A stretch of DNA of 32,595 nucleotides, taken from Microcoleaceae cyanobacterium (GTDB lineage: Bacteria; Cyanobacteriota; Cyanobacteriia; Cyanobacteriales; Microcoleaceae). The stretch's first letter is position 1, and each line of letters opens with the position of its first letter. Shown piece after piece: positions 8,874 to 16,829 of the stretch. Below the pieces are notes generated by a model. The model was not told where the DNA came from and ran no database searches. It saw only the letters and a program-made list of their open reading frames with translations. The translations under genes and the position numbers were made by a program. The stretch spans positions 1-32,595 of the forward strand of contig JBOFUV010000109.1 in NCBI GenBank assembly GCA_051652765.1, written 5' to 3'.

Positions 8874-9803
8874 GTGATGGAATCATCTGAGATTAATCCT
8901 GAATTACAGATACCGGACTTTGACCAGGCAGATGCCTTACTCTCCAACTTGCTTCAGGAGGCAGAAAAATGGGGTGGCTCCTTAAGTGGGGGTCAGCAAC
9001 GCAACCTGAGTGCCGGGGCAGTCAGCGCGCTATTTCAGAGCGAAGTTCGTTTGGGCAATCCCAGAGACAACCTGGTTCAACTCACGGAGGAAATCTTTGC
9101 TGAGAGTGGCGTTGAGCTGACAGACATCTACAAACAGCAGATGCAGAGCCAGTTTGACTTTTATTACATGACCTTCACCGTTGATTTACGTCCTCAGCCA
9201 GGGGCGCAGTTCTGGCGATTGGTCTGTCAATTGGACTATGGCCCTAAGGGAGACACTGAACCGATCATTCAACGATTATTCCCCACTGATCAATGGCGGT
9301 CAGTCATGAGTTTTGGCGTGGGCATGGATGTTGGGCTGGATGGCAATCTGAGCTGGAAGGGTAGTGTGAATAGTTCCCAGTTGGAGGGATTGCTCGGTGC
9401 TCTACCCCAGGAACTCAAAGCCAGCGTTACCACGAACAATAGTTTCAAAGCATTCCTGGCCATTCCCGCCTACAAATATGAACTGGGTCAGGCAGAAATT
9501 CTGGCCTCTGGCGAGGGCAACTCCATCTGTGACTGGCGCATCACTGCCGGAAACCTCCACAAAGTCGGCACAGCCAAGTTTGGGATTGTGTTCAAAGTTC
9601 CGAAAGGGATGGAGGCGATCGCCCTAGAAGCCAAAGCCTGGGCAGAACCCAACATGAACTGGTTAACGGCGGATTTGCGAGATGTCGCCGCAGAGCTTTC
9701 AGATCGGTTCAAGCAGCTTTTGAAAAAGCAAGAAGCCGCCAGTCAATTTGCCCGAGGCCAAGCCGAAGTCTGGAATCTGGCTCTCCCAAAAGCCAGTATC
9801 TGA
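8874..9803 (+). CDS. Hypothetical beta-rich protein, co-oriented immediately upstream of the CHAT protease
   Basis: 309-aa ORF with GGAGG RBS upstream; central amphipathic beta pattern; 37 bp from the next ATG. Confidence 0.8.
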   Translation: MMESSEINPELQIPDFDQADALLSNLLQEAEKWGGSLSGGQQRNLSAGAVSALFQSEVRLGNPRDNLVQLTEEIFAESGVELTDIYKQQMQSQFDFYYMTFTVDLRPQPGAQFWRLVCQLDYGPKGDTEPIIQRLFPTDQWRSVMSFGVGMDVGLDGNLSWKGSVNSSQLEGLLGALPQELKASVTTNNSFKAFLAIPAYKYELGQAEILASGEGNSICDWRITAGNLHKVGTAKFGIVFKVPKGMEAIALEAKAWAEPNMNWLTADLRDVAAELSDRFKQLLKKQEAASQFARGQAEVWNLALPKASI

Positions 9804-9840
9804 ACTGTTTCAGTCTATCACTCCAAACCGAACTCCCCAA

Positions 9841-11184
9841 ATGACCCATTCTGAAAAAACTTACTACACCTATCGGATTCGGATCGCCAATCCCGAACGG
9901 GTTCAGGTCGAGCGCCGTGACCCTGAAAACCAAACGATGGGAGAACCCGCTGGCGTTTTTCAGTATGAGGCAGAGCAGATCAAGCCCCTCCTTGAGGCCG
10001 CTGCTCAGAACGAGTTCAAAGACGAGAAACAAGCGCAATACCTAGGGGAAACCCTCTTCAATACTTTGTTTGACCCAACGCTTCGCCAGGACTTTGTGAA
10101 TTTCTATCAGCAGGTTGTGCGCCTTGAAAAGCAACTGTTGCGGGTGGAGCTGGATATTGATGAACAGGGAATGCCTGCGATCGCGGCTCTGCCCTGGGAG
10201 TTGATGTGTCTGCCCGAGAGCACCAATTTAGGAACGCTCTGGCTGGGAACCGATCCCAATCTTGTCTTTTCCCGTCGCCGCAATCAATGGCACGCTGCCC
10301 CACCCATTCAACTGGAAGCGGGTGAGAAACTCAGAATTGCCCTGGTGGTTTCAGCGTCGGAAAACTTGGGGCCAGTGGTCTATGAAAAAGCCCAGACTGC
10401 GTTGGAAAAGTTGGCACAGAGGCAACCAGAACAGATTGAGTTATTGCCAATTGTTCATTCTGCAACTCCTGAGAAGATTGATCAGATTCTGGAGCAACAA
10501 CCTCACATTTTTCACTTTATTGGCCATGGTCGATTTCAGGATGAAACCGGGAAGGAAGTCAGCCAAATTGCCCTAGTAGATGATGTATTTGATGATGCAT
10601 TGTGGGTTGATTCTCGTTTCTTCAGTGGTCTATTTGCTCGGCATCAACCTGGAATTGTTCTGTTACAGGCTTGTGAGGGTGGAAAATTATCAGATTCTCA
10701 AGCATTTGTGGGGGTTGCGTCGCGGGTTGTCCAGGAGAATATTCCGGTGGTGGTGGCGATGCAGTATGAGATTTCTAATGCAATGGCGAGTCGGTTTGCC
10801 TATCGTTTTTATGAGGGCTTGGCGAAGAATGAACCTGTAGATATTTCGGTGCAAAATGGACGGCGGGCGATCGCATTGAATACTCAGTATCGAAATCGAG
10901 ATTTTGCGACTCCTGTGATCTTGATGCGGGTGAATAATGGGTATCTTTTCAAACGAGATGAACCGGAGTTAGAAGTAGACAAAAACTCTCAAGCTGCGGG
11001 GAATGTTGGTTTTATTCAAAGTGGTTGGACGGTTCAAGGGGATGTGAATCAAGCTCAACGGGATGTCGTGATCAACAAAAGCTCTGAAACGTTTACCAAT
11101 AATTTGCAAGGAGCCAGCATTGGTAATTTTGCCAACAAGGTTCAGGGTCAGGCCCGTCAACAGAGCAACGTTGAGGAGGAGTAG
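9841..11184 (+). CDS. CHAT-domain (caspase HetF-associated) cysteine protease with N/Q-rich C-terminal tail
   Basis: LPWELM, LRIALVVSAS, catalytic HFIGHG and LQACEG, PVVVAMQYEI, FAYRFY; ATG at 9841 preferred (the 9748 start overlaps the upstream gene). Confidence 0.9.
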   Translation: MTHSEKTYYTYRIRIANPERVQVERRDPENQTMGEPAGVFQYEAEQIKPLLEAAAQNEFKDEKQAQYLGETLFNTLFDPTLRQDFVNFYQQVVRLEKQLLRVELDIDEQGMPAIAALPWELMCLPESTNLGTLWLGTDPNLVFSRRRNQWHAAPPIQLEAGEKLRIALVVSASENLGPVVYEKAQTALEKLAQRQPEQIELLPIVHSATPEKIDQILEQQPHIFHFIGHGRFQDETGKEVSQIALVDDVFDDALWVDSRFFSGLFARHQPGIVLLQACEGGKLSDSQAFVGVASRVVQENIPVVVAMQYEISNAMASRFAYRFYEGLAKNEPVDISVQNGRRAIALNTQYRNRDFATPVILMRVNNGYLFKRDEPELEVDKNSQAAGNVGFIQSGWTVQGDVNQAQRDVVINKSSETFTNNLQGASIGNFANKVQGQARQQSNVEEE

Positions 11185-11243
11185 ACCCCCTAAAGCCCCC
11201 CTAGCCCCCCAATTCTGGGGGGAACTGGATTTAGCCCCCCTAG
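11185..11243. repeat. Cyanobacterial short dispersed repeat (poly-C/poly-G type)
   Basis: CCCCCTAAAGCCCCCCTAGCCCCCCAATTCTGGGGGGAACTGGATTTAGCCCCCCTAG. Confidence 0.7.
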
Positions 11244-11337
11244 CTGTTGTTGCTGAAAATCCGCGAGAATTCAACAAGTTGGCGACCAGCACATCAACAT
11301 CTTCATCGAGATAAACGTGGATGAAAATATTGGTCAT
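11240..11337 (-). pseudogene. Truncated DUF5615 (PIN-like) toxin
   Basis: MTNIFIHVYLDEDVDVLVANLLNSRGFSATTAR is a DUF5615-type N-terminus coupled to the DUF433 stop; similarity ends at the dispersed repeat. Confidence 0.7.
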
Positions 11338-11615
11338 ACTCCCCGAACTCGTGGATCAATGAGATCATCCGATATGTGGTTGCGTTCGATATGTTTATTA
11401 ATCTCTGCCTGGTGATCCAGATAATAGCTGAGGGCATCGAAAACTTGAGCCAGAGTCAGGTGGGGCAAGCGCTGGGGAATTTCTTCAGGAGAAACGCCAA
11501 TCCGCCACAGTTCAACAATCGCTCGCACAGGGGTGCGTGTCCCGCGAATAATCGGTTCACCACTGAGAATTTCATCATTTCTAACGATGTAGCAGTGTTC
11601 AGTTAACTGAAGCAT
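11334..11615 (-). CDS. DUF433 antitoxin
   Basis: ILSGEPIIRGTRTPVRAIV...SPEEIPQRLPHLTLAQVFDALSYY; ATG at 11615. Confidence 0.88.
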   Translation of the reverse strand: MLQLTEHCYIVRNDEILSGEPIIRGTRTPVRAIVELWRIGVSPEEIPQRLPHLTLAQVFDALSYYLDHQAEINKHIERNHISDDLIDPRVRGV

Positions 11616-11719
11616 AGTTCTCTCAGAATGTTTTGATAACCTTATCCCTAATTGTAAAGGTCTCTTCAAAAAAACCATGCCAGAATGGAACTGTTGCCAA
11701 TGGAGGTGGGGCGTGGAAC
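11606..11719. repeat. Copy 1 of a duplicated divergent-promoter/gene-start segment
   Basis: 11606-11694 matches 12484-12572 (81/89); 11670-11719 matches 13215-13264 (49/50), including the Roco RBS and GTG start. Confidence 0.9.
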
Positions 11720-11727
11720 AGCAGAAA

Positions 11728-12201
11728 TTACAGGTATTTCTGAAGTAATCCTTCCAGAATTTGGGAAGAGATGCGGAAATTGGTTTGCTGCAATTGAGCG
11801 ATAACGTCAGGAAGGTGGATCAACCCCAGAGAAGCAGCGTCATCCAAAATACCAATCATGCCGATCACTACTACCCCACGCTGAATAGCAGCATTTCTAC
11901 CAGACCGTTCATCCATGATCAGTAATTGGGCGCTGAGTTGTTCAGCCAGAGCAATTGCAGCTTGTTCACCAGGGTCTAAGCGGCTTAGTGCTGGATCGGC
12001 AGGCTGCATCAGGGTTTGAACGTTCAGCCAGGATGGTGGTTGACTTATCCATTGCTGAAGTTTGATAGGTGCGTTGGCAGATTGCAGTTCCCTCAGAACA
12101 ACATCAGGAATAGTAATCTGGTCGTAGAGTCGGGGTAGGAGGTCAATCTGGTCGATCAAAACCAGGTAACAAATAGGAGAGGTGTCGGCAACAACAATCA
12201 T
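11728..12201 (-). CDS. PIN-domain toxin (DUF3368 type)
   Basis: MIVVADTSPI, LDPGEQAAIALA, LLIMDERSGR. Confidence 0.88.
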   Translation of the reverse strand: MIVVADTSPICYLVLIDQIDLLPRLYDQITIPDVVLRELQSANAPIKLQQWISQPPSWLNVQTLMQPADPALSRLDPGEQAAIALAEQLSAQLLIMDERSGRNAAIQRGVVVIGMIGILDDAASLGLIHLPDVIAQLQQTNFRISSQILEGLLQKYL

Positions 12202-12476
12202 GGTTGAGAAGACTGTGCCGTCCGAATTTCTTGGAGAACAGCGCGGTCATTTTCCAGGTCAGTTTCGTTGTAGTGAAGATAGGCTCTCGCTGCTTTCAGA
12301 AATGCATCCACCTCCCAACGCGAGAGATTCAGGATTTTACCCACTTCTGCGTGGGTCAATAATTCATCCCGATAGGCTTGAGCAACCATCGACTCCAGAG
12401 CACGGCGGGGCAAGTCAGGAATCCTTTGTTGAAGGTGTTCGGCGATTTCGTCTGGAATGGTGATTGTAATTTGCAT
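12198..12476 (-). CDS. UPF0175-family antitoxin
   Basis: MQITITIPDEI...LTHAEVGKILNLSRWEVDAFLK...YNETDLEND; 4-bp overlap with the PIN gene. Confidence 0.85.
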   Translation of the reverse strand: MQITITIPDEIAEHLQQRIPDLPRRALESMVAQAYRDELLTHAEVGKILNLSRWEVDAFLKAARAYLHYNETDLENDRAVLQEIRTAQSSQP

Positions 12477-12483
12477 ATTTCTG

Positions 12484-12572
12484 ACTGAAGCAGGGTTCTC
12501 TCAGAATGTTTTGATAACCTTATCCCCAATTGTAAAGGTCTCTTCACAAGAACTCTGCCAGAATAGAACTGT
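12484..12572. repeat. Copy 2 of the divergent-promoter segment
   Basis: ACTGAAGCA..GTTCTCTCAGAATGTTTTGATAACCTTATCCCCAATTGTAAAGGTCTCTTCA..TGCCAGAATAGAACTGT; contains TACAAT on the minus strand (candidate -10). Confidence 0.88.
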
Positions 12573-12593
12573 CGTGAACAAAGTTGCGAGTTG

Positions 12594-12785
12594 ATGACTA
12601 TCAAAGAAGAACTCATTCAAGAGATTGAGAATATTTCAGAAGCTGAATTAATTAGGGTGCTGGAGTTTGTGAAGACACTGAGAACGGACTCTGGGGCTGA
12701 ATCTGATACTCATCTGGTTTGGCAAGCCTATCTTCAATCTGAACAGGAACGAGAGGAGGTTTACCGCCGTCTTGCTGACTCCTAG
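12594..12785 (+). CDS. Small antitoxin, DUF2281-like
   Basis: MTIKEELIQEIENISEAELIRVLEFVKTL; overlaps the downstream doc gene. Confidence 0.75.
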   Translation: MTIKEELIQEIENISEAELIRVLEFVKTLRTDSGAESDTHLVWQAYLQSEQEREEVYRRLADS

Positions 12786-13164
12786 ATTTTTGACACAAGA
12801 GACTGTCTTGGCAATTCACGCTAGACAGATTGATCGATTCGGAGGAACATCTGGACTGCGAGATGCAGGACTATTAGACTCTGCTCTCGCTCAACCGCAA
12901 GCAACTTTTTCGGGAGAATTTTTACATCAGACCATTGCAGAACAGGCAGGGGCTTATCTGTATCACCTGGTCATGAATCATCCATTTATTGATGGCAATA
13001 AACGGACAGCTTTCGCGGTGATGGATACCTTTTTACGGGTGAATGGTTATACTCTAACTTTGACAGATCAGCAGGCGTGTGAACTAGTTGTAAGCGTTGT
13101 TGAAGGTGAAATAACCAAAGTTGAATTGATTGCTGAACTTAGAAATATTGTCGTTGGAACTTGA
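12772..13164 (+). CDS. doc: Death-on-curing (Doc/Fic) toxin
   Basis: FGGTSGLRDAGLLDSAL and the Fic motif HPFIDGNKRTA. Confidence 0.92.
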   Translation: MLTPRFLTQETVLAIHARQIDRFGGTSGLRDAGLLDSALAQPQATFSGEFLHQTIAEQAGAYLYHLVMNHPFIDGNKRTAFAVMDTFLRVNGYTLTLTDQQACELVVSVVEGEITKVELIAELRNIVVGT

Positions 13165-13257
13165 AGGTATCCATCACAGACATGAATTCATTTGACATGC
13201 GATCAATTTCTCACAAAAACCATGCCAGAATGGAACTGTTGCCAATGGAGGTGAGGC

Positions 13258-16200
13258 GTGGAACGGGCAGAATTATTAGCACTAATCGACCAAGCCGCAG
13301 AAGAAGGCTGGAAAGAACTTGATCTCGCTGGAAAAGAACTCACCGAACTCCCGCCCGAAATTGGCAAGTTAACTCAGCTTGAAACGTTAACTTTGGGGAA
13401 ATGGGATGAAGAGAAACGTGAATCGATTGGAAACCAACTGACAACTCTGCCCCCTGAAATCACTGCATTAGTAAACCTAAAAACGCTTAACCTCCATTCC
13501 AACCCAATCAAAGAGATACCTGAATGCATTGGACAATTGGCCAATCTGAAAGAACTTTACCTCTGGAAGAACCCAATCAAAGAGATACCTGAATTCATTG
13601 GGCAATTGGCCAATCTGAAAGAACTTTACCTCGGAAAGAACCAAATCACAGAGATACCTGAATTCATTGGGCAATTGACTAACCTGACAGAACTTTACCT
13701 CGGAAAGAACCAAATCACAGAGATTCCTGAATTCATTGGGCAATTAACCAATCTGACAAAACTTTACCTCTGGGAGACCCAAATCACAGAGATTCCTGAA
13801 TTCATTGGGCAATTAACCAATCTGACGGCGCTTTCCCTTAGTGACAACCCAATCAAAGAGATACCTGAATTCATTGGGCAGTTAACCAATCTGACAGAGC
13901 TTCACCTCTGGAAGAACCAAATCACAGAGATTCCTGAATTCATTGGGCAGTTAACCAATCTGAAAGAACTTTACCTTAGTGACAACCAAATTACAGAGAT
14001 ACCTGAATTCATTGGGCAATTAACTAACCTGACACAGCTTCGCCTAAGTGACAACCAAATTACAGAGATACCTGAATTCATTGGGCAGTTAACTAATCTG
14101 ACTGCGCTTCACCTCGGAAAGAACCAAATCACAGAGATACCTGAATGCATTGGGCAGTTAACCAATCTGAAAGAGCTTCACCTCTGGGAAAACCAAATCA
14201 AAGAGATACCTGAATGTATTGGGCAATTAACCAATCTGACTGAGCTTTACCTCAGGGAGAACCAAATCACAGAGATACCTGAATGTATTGGGCAGTTAAC
14301 TAATCTGACTGAGCTTCACCTCGGAAAGAACCAAATCACAGAGATACCTGAATGCATTGGACAATTGGCCAATCTGACTGTGCTTTCCCTTAGTGACAAC
14401 CCAATCACAGAAATACCTGAATGCATTGGGCAATTGGCCAATCTGACGGCGCTTTCCCTTGGTGGCAACCCAATCAAAGAGATACCTGAATGCATTGGGC
14501 AATTAACCAATCTGACTGCGCTTCACCTCTGGAAGAACCAAATCACAGAGATACCTGAATGCATTGGGCAATTAACCAATCTGACTGTGCTTCGCCTCGG
14601 TGGCAACCAAATCACAGAGATACCTGAATACATTGGGCAGTTAACTAATCTGAAAGAGCTTTCCCTTAATGACAACCCAATCAAAGAGATACCTGAATGT
14701 ATTGGGCAACTCACCAATCTGACACAGCTTCGCATCGGTGGCAACCAAATCAAAGAGATACCGGAATGTATTGGGCAATTAACCAACCTGACAGAGCTTT
14801 CCCTCTGGGGAAACCAAATCAGTGAGATTCCTGAATGTATTGGGCAACTCACCAATCTGACTGAGCTTGACCTCTGGGATAACCAAATCAAAGCAATTCC
14901 GATCTGTCTGGAAAATTTACCTAATCTCAAAGCATTAAGTTTAGCAAATAATCCGTTGCCGATTTCTCCTGAACTGTTGGCAGATTCTGAGAATCCAGAG
15001 GCGATTTTTGACTATTGTCGGCGGCTTCGTGGTGGTGAAGTGCGTCCCTTGAATGAAGCCAAGCTGTTGTTGGTGGGGCAGGGAAGTGTGGGCAAAACGT
15101 CGTTGATCAATCGGTTAATTCATGAGCAATTTGACCAGAATGAACCCCAAACTGATGGTTTGAATGTGACGGAATGGAGGGTTCATGTGAATAGTAAAGA
15201 CGTTCGGCTGAATGTGTGGGACTTTGGCGGGCAGGAAATTTATCATGCCACCCATCAGTTTTTTCTGACCAAACGCAGTCTGTACCTGTTGGTTTGCAAC
15301 TGTCGCACTAGCGAGGAGGCAAACCGGATTGAGTATTGGTTGCAGTTGATTCAGGGGTTTGGGGATGAATCTCCCGTGATTATTGTGGGGAATAAGTGCG
15401 ACGAACAACCCCTAGACATTAACCGTCGGGCGTTGCAAGAAAAATATCCGAATATCAAGGCCATTCTGGAAACCTCTTGTCAGGAGAACCGGGGAATTGA
15501 GGAATTGCGAGAGGCAATCACCCAGGAAATTGCGGAACTGCGGAATGTGTATGACCTGTTGCCCCTGTCTTGGTTTGAGGTGAAGGAAGAACTCGAACGC
15601 TTGGATAAGGATTTTATCCCCTATGAAAAATATGTCTGCATCTGCGATCGCCAAGACATTACTGAGGAATCCGATCAGGAACAGTTGGTGAAGCTGTTAC
15701 ATGATTTAGGGTTGGTGCTGAACTTTCGAGATCATCCGATTCTCCAATCCACCAATGTTCTGAATCCGGATTGGGTGACGGCGGGAATTTACAAGCTTCT
15801 CAGCGACGAGCAGTTGAAGACGGAAGGCAAGGGAATTTTGACTGGGGAAGACTTGAGTCGGGTACTCGATCCAGAACGTTACCCCGCCAAGCGCTATATC
15901 GTTCTGACGGAATTGATGAAGGAGTTTCAGCTTGGCTTTCAGGTTCTAGATCAACCGGGAACGTTCCTGATTCCAGGACTGCTACCCAAGGAGGAACCCA
16001 AGGAAACTGACCTAGAGGGCGACACCCTGGAATTTCAGTACCACTACGCCATTCTGCCGGGGAGTATTCTGTCGCGGTTCATTGTCCTCAGTCATGAAAA
16101 AATCCACAACCAAATTCACTGGCGCACGGGGGTGATGTTGGCCTATCGGGAAGGAACAGAAATTTGTAATATTGCTCGCGTTAAGTCCGATCCGGAAGAC

Positions 16201-16671
16201 CGAAAAATCTTCATTTCCATCAACGGTCGAGAATCCACCCGTCGTTCGTTCCTAGCCATGATTCGGGATGTGTTCCAGAGCATTCACAGCAGTTTCGGCA
16301 ATTTGCAGGTGGGAGAATGGGTTCCCGTTCCCGGTCATCCCGAACATGCACCGCTAGACTATCAGGAATTGTTGGGGTTAGAAGCGATGGGCGAAAAGGA
16401 TTATCCCATTGGTAAGCTGCGAATTCGGGTAAACCTGCGGCAACTGTTAGACGGCTACGAACCCCTTGAATCCCGGCAACGGAAACAGATGAAAGAGCAG
16501 GATCGGGAGTTTATGGAAGGTCGTCATTTTGAAGACCGCTATCCTGGGGGAATTCATATCAATGTTCACCAAAGCAATCAACCCACAACCAAAACCACCA
16601 ACAATCTCCAAGGGTCAACGGTCGGAAACTTTGCTAACAAGGTTGAAGACAATGCCCGTCAGCAAGCGTAG
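13258..16671 (+). CDS. Roco protein: LRR array + Roc GTPase + COR, with N/Q-rich C-terminal motif
   Basis: 23-aa LRRs; P-loop GQGSVGKTS, WDFGGQE (G3), GNKCD (G4), COR motifs LHDLGLVLNF, LNPDWVT, SRFIV, HWRTGV; GGAGG RBS. Confidence 0.95.
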   Translation: MERAELLALIDQAAEEGWKELDLAGKELTELPPEIGKLTQLETLTLGKWDEEKRESIGNQLTTLPPEITALVNLKTLNLHSNPIKEIPECIGQLANLKELYLWKNPIKEIPEFIGQLANLKELYLGKNQITEIPEFIGQLTNLTELYLGKNQITEIPEFIGQLTNLTKLYLWETQITEIPEFIGQLTNLTALSLSDNPIKEIPEFIGQLTNLTELHLWKNQITEIPEFIGQLTNLKELYLSDNQITEIPEFIGQLTNLTQLRLSDNQITEIPEFIGQLTNLTALHLGKNQITEIPECIGQLTNLKELHLWENQIKEIPECIGQLTNLTELYLRENQITEIPECIGQLTNLTELHLGKNQITEIPECIGQLANLTVLSLSDNPITEIPECIGQLANLTALSLGGNPIKEIPECIGQLTNLTALHLWKNQITEIPECIGQLTNLTVLRLGGNQITEIPEYIGQLTNLKELSLNDNPIKEIPECIGQLTNLTQLRIGGNQIKEIPECIGQLTNLTELSLWGNQISEIPECIGQLTNLTELDLWDNQIKAIPICLENLPNLKALSLANNPLPISPELLADSENPEAIFDYCRRLRGGEVRPLNEAKLLLVGQGSVGKTSLINRLIHEQFDQNEPQTDGLNVTEWRVHVNSKDVRLNVWDFGGQEIYHATHQFFLTKRSLYLLVCNCRTSEEANRIEYWLQLIQGFGDESPVIIVGNKCDEQPLDINRRALQEKYPNIKAILETSCQENRGIEELREAITQEIAELRNVYDLLPLSWFEVKEELERLDKDFIPYEKYVCICDRQDITEESDQEQLVKLLHDLGLVLNFRDHPILQSTNVLNPDWVTAGIYKLLSDEQLKTEGKGILTGEDLSRVLDPERYPAKRYIVLTELMKEFQLGFQVLDQPGTFLIPGLLPKEEPKETDLEGDTLEFQYHYAILPGSILSRFIVLSHEKIHNQIHWRTGVMLAYREGTEICNIARVKSDPEDRKIFISINGRESTRRSFLAMIRDVFQSIHSSFGNLQVGEWVPVPGHPEHAPLDYQELLGLEAMGEKDYPIGKLRIRVNLRQLLDGYEPLESRQRKQMKEQDREFMEGRHFEDRYPGGIHINVHQSNQPTTKTTNNLQGSTVGNFANKVEDNARQQA
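13501..14880 (+). repeat. 20 x 69-bp intragenic LRR repeat array
   Basis: Unit N(Q/P)I(T/K)EIPE(C/F)IGQL(T/A)NL(T/K)xLxLxx; 20 x 69 = 1380 bp fits exactly. Confidence 0.95.
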
Positions 16672-16829
16672 CCATCCGTCTTAGAACTCGTCAACTACCC
16701 AAGGGAGGCAAGTATAGCAGGGCCGAACGGCTGAGGCACGGAAGGTTTTAGATCTGTTGCGATGAGTAGTGATTTATGCAAAATAATGAACGCGATATTG
16801 CTTCACTTTGGGATATGAAACTGGCAGTT

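Noticed and set aside
8874..9803. Canonical bacterial gasdermin call
   Set aside because: No N-terminal Cys and no motif I can recognise; kept only as a pore-former hypothesis.
10969..11337. Full-length 122-aa minus-strand protein
   Set aside because: Only the first ~33 aa look like DUF5615; the rest reads through a repeat and antisense CHAT sequence.
12356..12616. 86-aa ORF sharing KRPLQLGIRLSKHSERT with the extended DUF433 ORF
   Set aside because: The shared peptide is just the translation of the duplicated promoter segment.
11240..13264. True integron with attC sites
   Set aside because: No tyrosine recombinase and no attC-like inverted repeats; cassettes are in both orientations.
13501..14880. 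Diversity-generating retroelement target
   Set aside because: No reverse transcriptase or template repeat is in the window, and the variation is not obviously adenine-restricted; repeat shuffling explains it.
13477..14930. Antisense repetitive ORFs in the LRR array
   Set aside because: By-products of the 69-bp periodicity.
16690..16700. GTCAACTACCC, resembling an IS200/IS605 or IscB omega-RNA end, just after the Roco stop
   Set aside because: Only 11 bp, with no following hairpin or tnpB/iscB gene; could be chance or an unrecognisable scar.
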